The notes: a model not told the origin generated them from the sequence alone. 56,835 nucleotides of DNA from Parvibaculum sp. (GCA_041678065.1 JBAYOU010000001.1:1-56835), one strand, 5' to 3'; counted from the stretch's first letter, positions 17,531 to 31,266 are shown. A program made the numbers and translations.

Positions 17531-18625
17531 TCAAGTCGCCGGAATGAGACAGGAATGGACGGATTCCCGCCCCTCGATCTGGCGCGCCAGCGTCTTGATC
17601 GCCAGTTCAGCTTCCTCAAGCTCGAAATTATGAGTGTGCATGAGCTCAAGAGGATATTTGCGGCGCTCGATCATCTCGATCGCCTTCTTGTATCCCGACG
17701 ACGTAACGCCGATCGCGCCCTTGATGGTGATTTCCTTCATGACGATAAGGTCGGACACAAAATCGGAGACAGGCTTGAATCCCTTGACGCCGGCAAGGAC
17801 GACCGTTCCGCCCATACGGACACAATCCAGGGCTTCACGGACCGGCTGAGTCGCGTAGGACGTAACCTCAACTATGACGTCCGCGCCCTTTCCGTTTGTC
17901 AACGCCCGCACGCGATCGACAACATTTTCGTTCTGCACGTCGATGATGTGATCGGCGCCCAGAGCAAGCGCCATCTGGAGCTTTTTTGAATCGGCCGCAA
18001 GCCCCGTGACTATGATCTTTCCCGCGCCGGCTTCACGTGCGGCAACGACGCTCGCAAGCCCGCGCTGTCCGGGTCCAAAAATCAAAACGGTATCGCCAAC
18101 CTGCGTCTGCGGAATCTCGACCGCCCAGCGGAAGCCCGCACCCAGCGGATTGAACATGACCGCCAGTTCCGCCGGAAGGTTCTTGTCCATCTTGTGAAGG
18201 ATCGTGTTGGGCGCGAGGTACATATATTGCGAATAGGCGCCCCAGAGGCCCGGTGACTCCGTGAGCGGAATATATGAGTAGATCTGGCGGCGGTCGCAGA
18301 GGTGATAATGCCCGCCGACACAGGTGTCGCAGCAATGGCACGACAACATCGTCTCGATGGCGACCCGATCACCAACATCGACGCCCCAGCGCCTGGCGGC
18401 CTTGTCGCCAATTGCCTCGATAATCCCGAGAGGTTCGTGGCCCGGAATCACCGGCATCGGAGTCTGCAAGACCCCTTCGTATTGTTCGTAGTCGCTGCCG
18501 CAAATGCCGCAGGCTTCGATGCGAAGGATGGCGCTGTCGTCGGCGATCTGGGGGATCGGCAAATCTCGGGCTTCGAGTTTGCGCGGAGCCGTCTGCACCA
18601 TCGCCATCGATTTTTTCGGCAACAT
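17531..18625 (-). CDS. Zn-dependent alcohol dehydrogenase (MDR)
   Basis: CGICGSD, GHE, CHCCDTC...C, GPGQRG. Confidence 0.9.
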   Translation of the reverse strand: MLPKKSMAMVQTAPRKLEARDLPIPQIADDSAILRIEACGICGSDYEQYEGVLQTPMPVIPGHEPLGIIEAIGDKAARRWGVDVGDRVAIETMLSCHCCDTCVGGHYHLCDRRQIYSYIPLTESPGLWGAYSQYMYLAPNTILHKMDKNLPAELAVMFNPLGAGFRWAVEIPQTQVGDTVLIFGPGQRGLASVVAAREAGAGKIIVTGLAADSKKLQMALALGADHIIDVQNENVVDRVRALTNGKGADVIVEVTSYATQPVREALDCVRMGGTVVLAGVKGFKPVSDFVSDLIVMKEITIKGAIGVTSSGYKKAIEMIERRKYPLELMHTHNFELEEAELAIKTLARQIEGRESVHSCLIPAT

Positions 18626-18773
18626 TTTCAACTCCCTGCTTGGTGTCGGCACCGACGACGCGTCGATAACACATATATATTTTTTTATCCTTGTATGTGT
18701 TATAAAGATTCAAACGTAGAATGCGAAGCCCTAAACTTCCGCTTCGCAAAATTTCGGGGAGGACAAAATAATA

Positions 18774-19343
18774 ATGACCGATGAAACGCCCAGGGTTCCC
18801 CTGCTGTCGATAGCGGAAGCGGCGACCGCAGCCGCGAAAGCCGGCATATCCGAACAAATGGCGCCACTCAGCGTATTCAGGGTCTTGCTCCGCCATCCCG
18901 ATGTAGCGCGCGAGCTTGCCTCGACGCTGAACACCCTGCTTTTCCAGGGCAACAAGCTCGATGCAAGACTGCGCGAACTCATCATCATGCGTATCGGCTG
19001 GAAGACGAAATCGCTCTATGAATGGACACAGCATTGGCGGGTCGCCCGCATGCTGGACATTCCGGAGGCGGATCTGGTCGCCACGCGGGACTGGAAAAAC
19101 GCTTCCTGCCTGTCCGACGCCGACCGTGCCATTCTCGCCGCGACCGACGAGACGCTCGACGGCGGCATGATTTCGGACGCCACCTGGACTGCCTGTGCGG
19201 CACACCTGAAAACGGTAGAAGAACGGATCGAACTGGTTGTTGCCATCGGAAACTGGACGCTTTTCTCGCAACTACTCAAAAGCCTGAAGATTCCGCTTGA
19301 GGATGGCGTCGTCGCCTGGCCACCGGACGGCAAGAAACCTTGA
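18774..19343 (+). CDS. Carboxymuconolactone decarboxylase/AhpD-like protein
   Basis: LDARLRELIIMRIG...YEWTQHWRVA. Confidence 0.8.
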   Translation: MTDETPRVPLLSIAEAATAAAKAGISEQMAPLSVFRVLLRHPDVARELASTLNTLLFQGNKLDARLRELIIMRIGWKTKSLYEWTQHWRVARMLDIPEADLVATRDWKNASCLSDADRAILAATDETLDGGMISDATWTACAAHLKTVEERIELVVAIGNWTLFSQLLKSLKIPLEDGVVAWPPDGKKP

Positions 19344-19382
19344 GCGGACGAGAAATGACAATTGCGGAACAGGATTACGATA

Positions 19383-22296
<2,914 letters not shown>

Positions 22297-22351
22297 GGAA
22301 GCAAACGAAAAACGAGGCGCGGAAGAGACCATATAAATCAGAGTTGTCGCC

Positions 22352-23191
22352 ATGAACGCTAATGTCCTCAAATCCGAACAGCCCTCGGCTGCAACGGTAA
22401 AATCCGCGACCCGTGTTCTGGAGATTTTCGAGTATTTCGACGAAGTAAGACGCCCGGTGACGATTCAAGACGTAGCGCAGGCGCTGAGTTATCCTCATTC
22501 CAGCACCGCCGCCCTTCTGAAAAGCCTCGTGAGCCTCGGCTATCTGGAGCACGACGACCGGGGCAAAACTTTTTTTCCAAGCATCCGGATATCTCTGCTG
22601 GGAAACTGGGTGGAAGCCGAGGCGTTACCGATCCGGAATGTCCAGCGCCTTATGAGACGGCTTTCGGCCGATACGGGATGCACGATCATCCTCGCTGCGC
22701 GTCTAGGGGCTTATGCTCAATATGTGAAGGTGATTCAAGGTACGTCGCCCATCCGCTTCCATGTCAAGCCAAGCACCAAGCGAATGCTCGCTTTTTCGAC
22801 GATTGGCCGCGTTCTGCTGAGCGAACTTCCGTTGCCCGAAGCGAGACGTCTGATTCATGATGCCCTTGCCGCCATGCCAGAGCGGCGGGAATCGATGCAG
22901 GAGATCGAAGACGAACTGCAAAGAATCAGAAAACGCGGCCTTGCGCTTTACAGCGATCTCGTGACGCCGGGAGCGACCATGCTGGCAATGCCCATTCCGA
23001 TGGGTCCGTCCGGACGCTCGGTCGCGATCGGGATAGCCGCTCCCAACGAGTATTTTCGCAATCGTAAACTACCGTTCACGGCGTTACTGAAAAACGCTAT
23101 CGCCGAGCACATATCACAAAACGGGCAAGGCTTTAAGGAGACTGTAGACGACGAGGACCAACTTGAAATCGACGACGATACAGCGCCATAA
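22352..23191 (+). CDS. IclR-family transcriptional regulator
   Basis: VKSATRVLEIFEYF...SSTAALLKSLVSLGYL; STIGRVLL. Confidence 0.9.
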   Translation: MNANVLKSEQPSAATVKSATRVLEIFEYFDEVRRPVTIQDVAQALSYPHSSTAALLKSLVSLGYLEHDDRGKTFFPSIRISLLGNWVEAEALPIRNVQRLMRRLSADTGCTIILAARLGAYAQYVKVIQGTSPIRFHVKPSTKRMLAFSTIGRVLLSELPLPEARRLIHDALAAMPERRESMQEIEDELQRIRKRGLALYSDLVTPGATMLAMPIPMGPSGRSVAIGIAAPNEYFRNRKLPFTALLKNAIAEHISQNGQGFKETVDDEDQLEIDDDTAP

Positions 23192-24085
23192 TCATCCGAG
23201 CTTTGTATCCAGGAAGCTGGCCATCTCGTCGATCGCCGCGCGGCCTTCGCTCAAGACCGGCGCAAACCAGTGCCAGACATGAATCATCTCCGGCCAGACA
23301 TGGAGATCGACGGATACGCCGGCCTCTTTCAATCTATCGGCCAATAAGTGGCTATCCGAGAGCAAAACCTCCGAACTGCCTACCTGAATCAGGAATGGCG
23401 GCAATCCATTGAGATCGGCGTATACGGGCGATGCCAGAGGCGCCCTGCGCGGGGTTGAAGTTCCCAGATAGGCCGCCGTCCACAGCTCAAGATCGGCATG
23501 GCGCACCATCGGGTCCACATTCGCTTTCGCGCCATAAGAGGCACCTTTATTTTCAAGATTGGCCCACGGCGAAATACAAACGGCCGCAGCCGGAAGTCTG
23601 AGACCGGCATCGCGCGCCGCCAGAAGCACGGCAACCGTCAGGCCGCCGCCGGCTGAATCTCCCGCCACAGCGAGCTTCGCCGGGTCGACGCCCGTCTCGG
23701 TCAACCAGCGATAAGCAGCAAGCGCATCATCGACCGCCGCCGGAAATGGATGCTCTGGAGACCGCCTGTAGTCGATCAGCAGAACCCGGCCTTTCAGGGC
23801 AAGAGCTGCGCGCGCCGCAAGATGGCGATGCGAGTCGAGAGAACCAAGCGCATAGCCTCCTCCATGCAGATAGAGCAAAACCCGCTTGCCGGCACCGGCA
23901 GCCGGCGCCAGCCATTCGCCAGGAACCCTGCCGGCGGAAACCGGCGTGACCGTCACACCTTCGGGAAGACCGAACGCCTTGCCAGCCTCGTCATACGAGG
24001 TACGAAAATCCTCAAGAGAACGAGCCTCCCCGGTCACAAGGCCAGCAAGCAGCTGACGAACGACAGCAAGTTCCTCAAGACTCAT
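23192..24085 (-). CDS. HSL-family esterase/possible lactone hydrolase
   Basis: HGGGY, GDSAGG, PEHPFPAA, MIHVW. Confidence 0.9.
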   Translation of the reverse strand: MSLEELAVVRQLLAGLVTGEARSLEDFRTSYDEAGKAFGLPEGVTVTPVSAGRVPGEWLAPAAGAGKRVLLYLHGGGYALGSLDSHRHLAARAALALKGRVLLIDYRRSPEHPFPAAVDDALAAYRWLTETGVDPAKLAVAGDSAGGGLTVAVLLAARDAGLRLPAAAVCISPWANLENKGASYGAKANVDPMVRHADLELWTAAYLGTSTPRRAPLASPVYADLNGLPPFLIQVGSSEVLLSDSHLLADRLKEAGVSVDLHVWPEMIHVWHWFAPVLSEGRAAIDEMASFLDTKLG

Positions 24086-24099
24086 TTTTCACGTCCTCC

Positions 24100-25782
24100 T
24101 CAGGCTGCTGCGCCATGGCGCAATAGACGGCCCGGCAAACGACCTTCGGCGCCCAACACATCGACGCCATTGCGCCGGATCAATGTCCCGTTGACGACGA
24201 CGGCTGAAATGCCCGAGGCATCGGAAATCAGCCGGTCTTCGCCAGCAGGCAGGTCATAGACCCTGCGAAGGGAACTTGCGCCAACCGTTTCGGCGTCGAA
24301 GATCAGGACATCGGCGGGCATTCCCACAGCGAGGCGACCACGATCCTTGATGCCGAACACCTCGGCGGGCCGCGATGTCAGCATCCGGACCGCCTCCTCC
24401 AGCGTCAAAACGCGCTTTTCACGGACCCACCTTCCGAGAAGATGCGTGGAAAAACATGCATCGCAGAGTTGGCTCGCATGCGCGCCTGCGTCCGAGAGGC
24501 CAAGCACCGTGCAGGAGTCGCGCAGCAACGTTGCCACCTCGTCTTCGTCGGCGTTTGCGACAGGCAGGCGGAACCGTGTCTGCAGATCGCTTTGAATCGA
24601 GAGATCCAACGCAAGATCGATCGAGTTGCATCCGAGTTCCGCTGCGACGTCGCGCACCAGCCGTTCCGCGAACTCCGGCCGATCCGGACAATAAGCGATG
24701 ACCGCCTTGTCCCACGCATTGAGAATCGGACCACGCATCGCGTCCCGGAATCCCGCCCGGAAAGAGTTGTCGGCGTAAAGCCTCAGTTTTTCCGCGCGGT
24801 CGGCTTTGTTCACCGGCGCGAAGACCGGCATGCTCTGAAACAGAAACGGCTGATCGAATCGAAATTCAAAATTGAGTGGCCTGCAGGTGACCTGCGGAAA
24901 TACCGCGTAACCAGCCGACTGAAGTTCGTTTGAGCGCGCCAACTGCTCGGCTGCGGAGCCGACATTCAGCACCCCGCCACCGCCCAGCAACGCCGTCCAA
25001 CTGACATGGCGACCGGAAACGCGGTTCAATTCCGCGAATTCATCAAATGACAGTTCCTTGCCGACAGTCGCCTGTATCACGCCCTCGCCCGCCTCGCCCA
25101 GCGCCGACGCGATCTCCCGTATCTCGCTGAACGCCGCCAGCCGGCTTGGAACCGGCCTGCCCTCGTAGCCCACATGCGTCGGCGATTTCGATGTCGCGTA
25201 ACCGAGCGCGCCCGCTTCGAGGCCCTCGCGCATCAGACTTTTCATATGCCTGACCTCCTCCGGCCGCGCCGCCCGTTCGGTGGATTCAGGCCCGAGGGCA
25301 TAGAGACGAAGCGGCGTATGCCCCAGAAGAACGGCTACGTTAATCAACGTACCCTTCTTTTCCACGACGTCGAGATATTCGGGAAACGTCTCGAACCCCC
25401 ATTCGTCGCCGAGACCGGCCTCCAGCGCCCTGACGCTCATGCCCTCGACATTTTCGAGCGTCCGCAGAATAAGGCCGCGGTGCTCCTTGCGCGTCGGTGC
25501 GATGCCGAACCCGCAATTGCCCACCACGACCGTCGTCACGCCGTGCCACGGCGAGATCGACAGATTCCTGTCCCACAGAAGCTGGGCATCGTAATGCGTA
25601 TGTATATCGACGACGCCGGGGGCAACGACCTGCCCCCGGGCCTCGATAGTCGTCCTCGCCCCGGCGGGGGCCTGCCCCATCGCCACAACTTTGCCATCGC
25701 GAATACCGATGTCTCCGGCATAGCCCGGAGAGCCGGTGCCGTCGACAATGAATCCACCCACGATCTTCAGATCGTAGTCCAT
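24100..25782 (-). CDS. N-acyl-D-amino-acid deacylase-family amidohydrolase
   Basis: PGVVDIHTHYD, GVTTVVVGNCG, SDAGAH, RGRLAVGMPAD. Confidence 0.88.
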   Translation of the reverse strand: MDYDLKIVGGFIVDGTGSPGYAGDIGIRDGKVVAMGQAPAGARTTIEARGQVVAPGVVDIHTHYDAQLLWDRNLSISPWHGVTTVVVGNCGFGIAPTRKEHRGLILRTLENVEGMSVRALEAGLGDEWGFETFPEYLDVVEKKGTLINVAVLLGHTPLRLYALGPESTERAARPEEVRHMKSLMREGLEAGALGYATSKSPTHVGYEGRPVPSRLAAFSEIREIASALGEAGEGVIQATVGKELSFDEFAELNRVSGRHVSWTALLGGGGVLNVGSAAEQLARSNELQSAGYAVFPQVTCRPLNFEFRFDQPFLFQSMPVFAPVNKADRAEKLRLYADNSFRAGFRDAMRGPILNAWDKAVIAYCPDRPEFAERLVRDVAAELGCNSIDLALDLSIQSDLQTRFRLPVANADEDEVATLLRDSCTVLGLSDAGAHASQLCDACFSTHLLGRWVREKRVLTLEEAVRMLTSRPAEVFGIKDRGRLAVGMPADVLIFDAETVGASSLRRVYDLPAGEDRLISDASGISAVVVNGTLIRRNGVDVLGAEGRLPGRLLRHGAAA

Positions 25783-25840
25783 GAAAACGTCCTCCCCGTG
25801 AATCGAAAAAACCCGCGCCTTGACATCAGTATACGGATCG

Positions 25841-26944
25841 TCAAACGGCGAGCTTGTAGAGTTCAGCGACGTTGTCGTGGCATATCCAGTTGCGTTCCTG
25901 CTCGCTCAGATTTTTCGTGTGCTCTTCAAGCATTGCCTGCGACCAGGGCCAGGTCGAATCCGAATGCGGGAAATCGTTCGCCCACATCAGACGGCGGACA
26001 TTACACATATCCTTCATCCTGAAGGCGACCCAGTCGTCCTGGAACGTCACATAGATGTTGTCGTTGAAATAGTCGCTCGGCATCCGCTTGAGCGGCGGCG
26101 CCTTCATCCAGTAGCGATGACGCTTGTAGGCATGGTCCATGCGATACATGTAGTGCGGAACCCAGCCCGCATCGGCCTCGACGCAGACAACCTTGAGGTC
26201 GGGGAAGCGATCGAAGACACCGCCGAATATGAAGGTGCCCATCACGTCCTGGCAGCCACGGATAATCGACAGGAAGCCGTTGATACGCGGACCCCGGACC
26301 TGCCCCGAAAGACTGTCCGATTTGCCGGTCAGGATGTGGAACGAGAGCGGCATGTCGCACTCGACAGCGGTCGCCCAGACCTTGTCGTATACAGTTGAAT
26401 CATAATCCTCGACGGCGGGGTTTCCGGGCATCATCACACCCTTGAAGCCCATCTCCTTCGCATGCCTGATTTCCGCAACGCCATCTTCCGGCGATCGCAT
26501 GGAAACCTGCGCAAGACCGTAAAGACGGTCGGGTGCCTCGGCGCAGTATTCCTGCAACCAACGATTATAAGCCTCGAAGCAGGCTTTCTTGTAGTCGAAG
26601 TCGGGATGGTTGCAGATCACCATTCCGACCGTCGGATAGATGAATTCGGCCGCAACGCCGTCCTTCTCCTGGTCCGCAACGCGGAACTTGGCGTCCCAGC
26701 CGCTCTTCCACAGGTCTTCGAAGGCGACGCCGTCTGTCGTGATCTCCGCCGAATCCTTGCCGGCGGCGGCCACCAGCCCCATCGGAACTGGAGACCCCAT
26801 ACCATCGACGATGAAAGCATCGCCAATCTTGTCGATCCGCTGAATGCGCGGCGCGCGATCGCGGAATTTGGGATCAATGTAATCAACATAGCAATGCGGC
26901 GGTTCGGTGATGTGCGAATCCGCGGATATGGGTTTCTTGATCAT
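25841..26944 (-). CDS. Amidohydrolase_2 family protein
   Basis: ISADSHITEP, GVAAEFIYPT, WANDFPHSDSTWP. Confidence 0.88.
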   Translation of the reverse strand: MIKKPISADSHITEPPHCYVDYIDPKFRDRAPRIQRIDKIGDAFIVDGMGSPVPMGLVAAAGKDSAEITTDGVAFEDLWKSGWDAKFRVADQEKDGVAAEFIYPTVGMVICNHPDFDYKKACFEAYNRWLQEYCAEAPDRLYGLAQVSMRSPEDGVAEIRHAKEMGFKGVMMPGNPAVEDYDSTVYDKVWATAVECDMPLSFHILTGKSDSLSGQVRGPRINGFLSIIRGCQDVMGTFIFGGVFDRFPDLKVVCVEADAGWVPHYMYRMDHAYKRHRYWMKAPPLKRMPSDYFNDNIYVTFQDDWVAFRMKDMCNVRRLMWANDFPHSDSTWPWSQAMLEEHTKNLSEQERNWICHDNVAELYKLAV

Positions 26945-27099
26945 TGTCTCTCTCCCAGCGTCGCATTTGGTTTCAAGGGCGCGACTTTTAATTTGACAAT
27001 CCCTGATCATAAATCTTCGCTGGCGGCACAACCCGAGTCCAGATAAATTATATTCATGCAATCAAAAACACATATCTGTTATTCAGGGGAGACGCGAAC

Positions 27100-27912
27100 A
27101 TGACGATGGAACCGGCCCTGCTCGAAAAAAAGGGCCATATCGCGCTGATCACGCTCAACCGCCCGGAAGCGCGCAACTCGTTCAGTCCGGAGATGTTGGT
27201 CAGGCTTGCCGGTCATTGGGAAGAGGTGCGCGACGACGCGAATATCCGCGTCGCCATCGTCACCGGCGCCGGAGACAAGGCGTTTTGTTCGGGCGCGGAT
27301 CTCGGGCAACTCATCCCGCTCATAAATGGCGCACGCAAACCGCAAAACGAATGGGACCAGAAAATTCTGGACGATCCGAATATCCTGGCCAAAGGCCTGT
27401 TGCGCACATTCGATGTGACAAAGCCGGTCATCGCCGCGATCAACGGCTTTGCCGTCGCAGGCGGGATGGAGCTGGCGCAAGGAACCGACATGCGTATCGC
27501 CGCGGATACGGCAAAGCTCGGCGTGCAGGAAGTCAAATGGGCGATTTTTCCGGGCGGCGGCTCAACGGTGCGCCTTCCGCGCCAGATACCTTATGCAAGG
27601 GCAATGGAACTGCTGCTCACCGGCGACCTGATCAGCGCGCAGGAGGCCTACGATCTGGGATTCCTGAATCGTGTCGTCCCCCAGAAGCAAGTGCTCGACG
27701 CGGCATTCGAACTCGCGGAGAAGATCGCCGCGAATGGGCCGATCGCCGTTCAGGCGATTCGCAAATCCGCCCGCGAATGTCTGGGACGCCCCGAGAGCGA
27801 GGCGATGGGTATGGAGTCGCGCTTCGCAGCCCCCGTGTTCAAGACCGAGGATGCCCGCGAGGGGCCCAAGGCATTCATGGAGAAGCGCAAGCCAAACTAT
27901 AAGGGCCGTTGA
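27100..27912 (+). CDS. Enoyl-CoA hydratase
   Basis: AFCSGADL, AINGFAVAGGMEL, QEVKW, EGPKAFMEKRKP. Confidence 0.9.
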   Translation: MTMEPALLEKKGHIALITLNRPEARNSFSPEMLVRLAGHWEEVRDDANIRVAIVTGAGDKAFCSGADLGQLIPLINGARKPQNEWDQKILDDPNILAKGLLRTFDVTKPVIAAINGFAVAGGMELAQGTDMRIAADTAKLGVQEVKWAIFPGGGSTVRLPRQIPYARAMELLLTGDLISAQEAYDLGFLNRVVPQKQVLDAAFELAEKIAANGPIAVQAIRKSARECLGRPESEAMGMESRFAAPVFKTEDAREGPKAFMEKRKPNYKGR

Positions 27913-27951
27913 AGCAAGAAACCGAAATCATTACCACGGGGAGACGTTCCG

Positions 27952-29040
27952 ATGCAGTTCGGCATTCAGATGGTTTTTCAGAATTTCGACAGAGCCAACT
28001 CTGGCGTAACCGACGGCCAGGTCTATGACGAGGAGATCCGTCTCGGGCTTTTGGCGGAAGAACTCGGCTTTGACGCATTGTGGCCCGTCGAGCATCATTT
28101 CGAGGACTATTCGTTTTGTCCCGACAACACCCAGTTCCTGAGTTACATGGCGGCGCGCACCAAACGCATCAAGTTGGGCACCGGCGCTGTCATCCTTCCC
28201 TGGAATGTGCCCGTTCGGATCGCGGAAAAGGTCGTCCTGCTGGATCACCTTTGCCAAGGCCGAACGCTCTTCGGGATGGGGCGCGGTCTGGCGCGCAAGG
28301 AATATGACGGCATGGGCGTGAACATGGACGAAGCCCGCCAACGCTTCGATGAAGCAAGCCCGATGATTATAGACGCTCTCGAGACCGGCTTCATCGAAGG
28401 AAGCGGCCCCTTCTATCCGCAGAAGCGGATAGAAATCCGTCCCAATCCGCGCGGCTCCTTCAAGGGGCGCATCTATCAGGTCGCCATGTCGCCGGAATCC
28501 GTTCTTCAGTGCGCGAAGGCTGGCGCGCGGATGGTGATCTTTGCTCAAAAGCCGTGGGAAGCTCAGGCCGAGGCCGTCAAGGAATACAAGGCTGCGTACA
28601 AGGCGCAGCATGGCGAAGACGCACCGCCGATCATGATATGCGACTTCACCTATTGCTACACCGATCCTGCTCGCGCGAAGGAGTTGGGACAGAAATATGT
28701 GACCAACTATCTGCTTTCGGTACTCGATCACTATGAACTGGCCGGCGAGCATTTTAAGAACGCCAAGGGCTACGAGTCCTACGCCCAGGCCGTCGACGCC
28801 ATTCGCGCGCTCGGCAAGGATGGAATGGCCAAGACCTACCTCGATGTCACGGCCTGGGGGACGCCCAAGGAAATCGTCGAGAAGTTCGAATATCGCAAAT
28901 CGCTTCTGGGCGAATTCGACATCAATCCCTGCTTCCTTTTCGGTGGCATGAGCTACGAGGAAGCAGCCGAAAGCATGCGTTCGTTTGCCAGACACGTCAT
29001 ACCGGCCCTGAGAAAGAGCAGCAAACGCAAGGTGGCTTGA
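27952..29040 (+). CDS. LLM-class flavin-dependent oxidoreductase
   Basis: AEELGFDALWPVEHHF, RIAEKVVLLDHL, GMGRG. Confidence 0.9.
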   Translation: MQFGIQMVFQNFDRANSGVTDGQVYDEEIRLGLLAEELGFDALWPVEHHFEDYSFCPDNTQFLSYMAARTKRIKLGTGAVILPWNVPVRIAEKVVLLDHLCQGRTLFGMGRGLARKEYDGMGVNMDEARQRFDEASPMIIDALETGFIEGSGPFYPQKRIEIRPNPRGSFKGRIYQVAMSPESVLQCAKAGARMVIFAQKPWEAQAEAVKEYKAAYKAQHGEDAPPIMICDFTYCYTDPARAKELGQKYVTNYLLSVLDHYELAGEHFKNAKGYESYAQAVDAIRALGKDGMAKTYLDVTAWGTPKEIVEKFEYRKSLLGEFDINPCFLFGGMSYEEAAESMRSFARHVIPALRKSSKRKVA

Positions 29041-29084
29041 CGCGTCCGCTTCTGGAAGCCTCGTGGCGGTCTGATCTGAAAACC

Positions 29085-29275
29085 AGGCGACGACCCGGCT
29101 TGTCGTCGATGCCTTGGTAACGGCGATCTGGCGGCGTGGAAAGCCGGATGCGCCGATGCATCTCTCCGATCACAGGGATGCATGCTCGATGAGCCGGTCT
29201 GGAAATTGCCGGGACAGTGCAGCGATGGCGAGCGCCTCTCCTCGCTCAAGATCGAACGCATGGCCCGCAAGATCG
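29085..29275 (+). pseudogene. Degenerate IS3-family transposase core remnant
   Basis: AIWRRGKPDAPMHLSD, SMSRSGNCRDSAAM and SSLKIERMARK, the last in a shifted frame. Confidence 0.7.
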
Positions 29276-29533
29276 AACCCTCACGAAATAAACGAACTTC
29301 GCAGGCCGGAAAAGATGACGACAGCGCTGTTATGCTGACACCCGGGAAGAGCGGCGCCGTCGAAGGCAAATGATTTCGGTTGATTCAGCGTCCCAACGCT
29401 GCCGACTTTCGGGATCAGCACGAAGACGAGGTTTGGGTCGGAGGAGATCTATCTCGACCCAAGGGGCAGTCGACGCCCGTCTTTCAAGGGGAGGATCGGG
29501 GGAGGAACCTCGAAATCCGCACGCCGACTGCGA

Positions 29534-29860
29534 CTAGTGCTGACCGTCGGGTATTCTCAACATGAGACCGTCGAGATCGTCGGTCATTGTGATCTGGCAA
29601 GCAAGGCGGCTGTTTTCCGTCGAACCTTCGGCAAATTGTAGCAAGTTGGCTTCCATGCCGCCCGGCTCGGCCATGCCGGCCCGGGACATCCACGCGGCAT
29701 CGACATGCACATGGCAGGTCGCGCAGGCGCATTCGCCCCCGCAATCGCCGTCGATGCCCGGCACACCGTTGTTGACCGCGGCGTCCCTCGCAGTCGTGCC
29801 ACTCTTGACCGCGATAGGATATTCAGCGCCGTCCGGCTCGATGAAAATGACTGTGGGCAT
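29534..29860 (-). CDS. [2Fe-2S] ferredoxin (putidaredoxin type)
   Basis: CGGECACATCHV and SRLACQI; downstream of a CYP153 gene. Confidence 0.93.
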   Translation of the reverse strand: MPTVIFIEPDGAEYPIAVKSGTTARDAAVNNGVPGIDGDCGGECACATCHVHVDAAWMSRAGMAEPGGMEANLLQFAEGSTENSRLACQITMTDDLDGLMLRIPDGQH

Positions 29861-29946
29861 ATTTTTCTCTTTTCGATCATGCTGGATGAAACGGCGAGTG
29901 GAGCGTTCGTTTTCGCGATGAATCGGGGGCGCCGCTCCGTCGCGAA

Positions 29947-31200
29947 CTAATGCCCGCGCAGCTTCACCGGCAGACGGGTGAACCCGCGGATGAAGTTGGA
30001 CAGCGTTCTCTCGGGCGCGCCGACGACCTCCACCTTGCTGAAACGCTTCAGGATTTCTTCCCAGATGATGCGCAACTGCAACTCCGCCACGCGGTTCCCC
30101 ATGCAGCGATGGACGCCGAAACCGAAGGAAAGATGGTGACGGGAATTCGGGCGGTCGATAATGAACTCGTTCGGGCGGTCAATTACCTCGTCGTCCCGGT
30201 TTCCCGAGAGGTACCACATAACGACTTTGTCGCCCTTTCTGATCTTCTTGCCACCGATTTCGGCGTCCATGAGTGCCGTCCGACGCATATGCGTCAGCGG
30301 CGTCTGCCAGCGGATGATCTCGGGGATCATTTTCGGGATGAGGCCTGGATCGGCCATGAGCTTGCGGTATTCGGCCGGGTTCTGATTAAGGGCGAGCACC
30401 CCGCCGCTGATGGAATTGCGCGTGGTGTCGTTACCGCCGACGATCAGGAGAATCAGGTTGCCCAGAAATTCGAGATACGGCATGTCCCGCGTCGCGGGCG
30501 AATGCACCATCATCGAGATCAGATCGGGCTTCGGCGGCTCGTTGGCCCGCTTGTCCCAAAGGCCCTTGAAGTATTGCGCACATTCGAGGAGCTCCTCGCG
30601 GCGCTGCTCAAACGAAGAAACCACGCCCGTCTCCGGCGTCGCGGTCGCAACATCCGACCAGCGAGTGAGCTTGCGCCGCTCCTCCCAGGGGAAGTCGAAC
30701 AGTGTCGCCAGCGTCATCGTCGTAAGCTCGATGGAAACCCGGTCAACCCAGTCGATCTCCTCGCCGACGGGAAGCGAATCGAGAATAAGCCCCGCGCGCT
30801 CGCGGATGATGGGCTCCAGCAGAACAAGGTTGGACGGGGCGACAGCCGGACTGACTGCCTTGCGCTGAGCGTCATGCTTGGGCGGATCCATCGCAATGAA
30901 CATCTCAAGTTCAAGCGACGCTTCGCCGCTTTGCATGTCCTGCAGGGTGATACCACCAAGTTTAGCCTCCGAGGAGAACGTCTGGTGGTTCACTTCGACC
31001 TGCATGATGTCGTTGAATTTCGTTACCGACCAGTAAGGGCCATAGGCGCTCTCGGGGCAATAATGGACGGGGTCTTCCCGCCGCAGCCGTGTGAAGTAGC
31101 TCCCGATCGTGTCGCTTTGAAAGAGCTTTGGATCGCTGACATCCATCTGAGAAAGCGGGACCGTCGAAGCCGGATCTCTAGTCAATGTGTCGGTCGTCAT
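29947..31200 (-). CDS. Cytochrome P450, CYP153 family (more divergent copy)
   Basis: MFIAMDPPKHD, LLIVGGNDTTRN, EIIRWQTP, HLSFGFGVHRCMG. Confidence 0.93.
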   Translation of the reverse strand: MTTDTLTRDPASTVPLSQMDVSDPKLFQSDTIGSYFTRLRREDPVHYCPESAYGPYWSVTKFNDIMQVEVNHQTFSSEAKLGGITLQDMQSGEASLELEMFIAMDPPKHDAQRKAVSPAVAPSNLVLLEPIIRERAGLILDSLPVGEEIDWVDRVSIELTTMTLATLFDFPWEERRKLTRWSDVATATPETGVVSSFEQRREELLECAQYFKGLWDKRANEPPKPDLISMMVHSPATRDMPYLEFLGNLILLIVGGNDTTRNSISGGVLALNQNPAEYRKLMADPGLIPKMIPEIIRWQTPLTHMRRTALMDAEIGGKKIRKGDKVVMWYLSGNRDDEVIDRPNEFIIDRPNSRHHLSFGFGVHRCMGNRVAELQLRIIWEEILKRFSKVEVVGAPERTLSNFIRGFTRLPVKLRGH

Positions 31201-31266
31201 CTCTCCGTCCTCCCGATCGACAGCTACGCGGCATCCCCCCGTCATGGCGCATGCAATCTTTTGTGT

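Noticed and set aside
27041-27060. Possible fifth copy of the 18-bp palindrome
   Set aside because: Only about 10/18 match; explained by an AT-rich promoter
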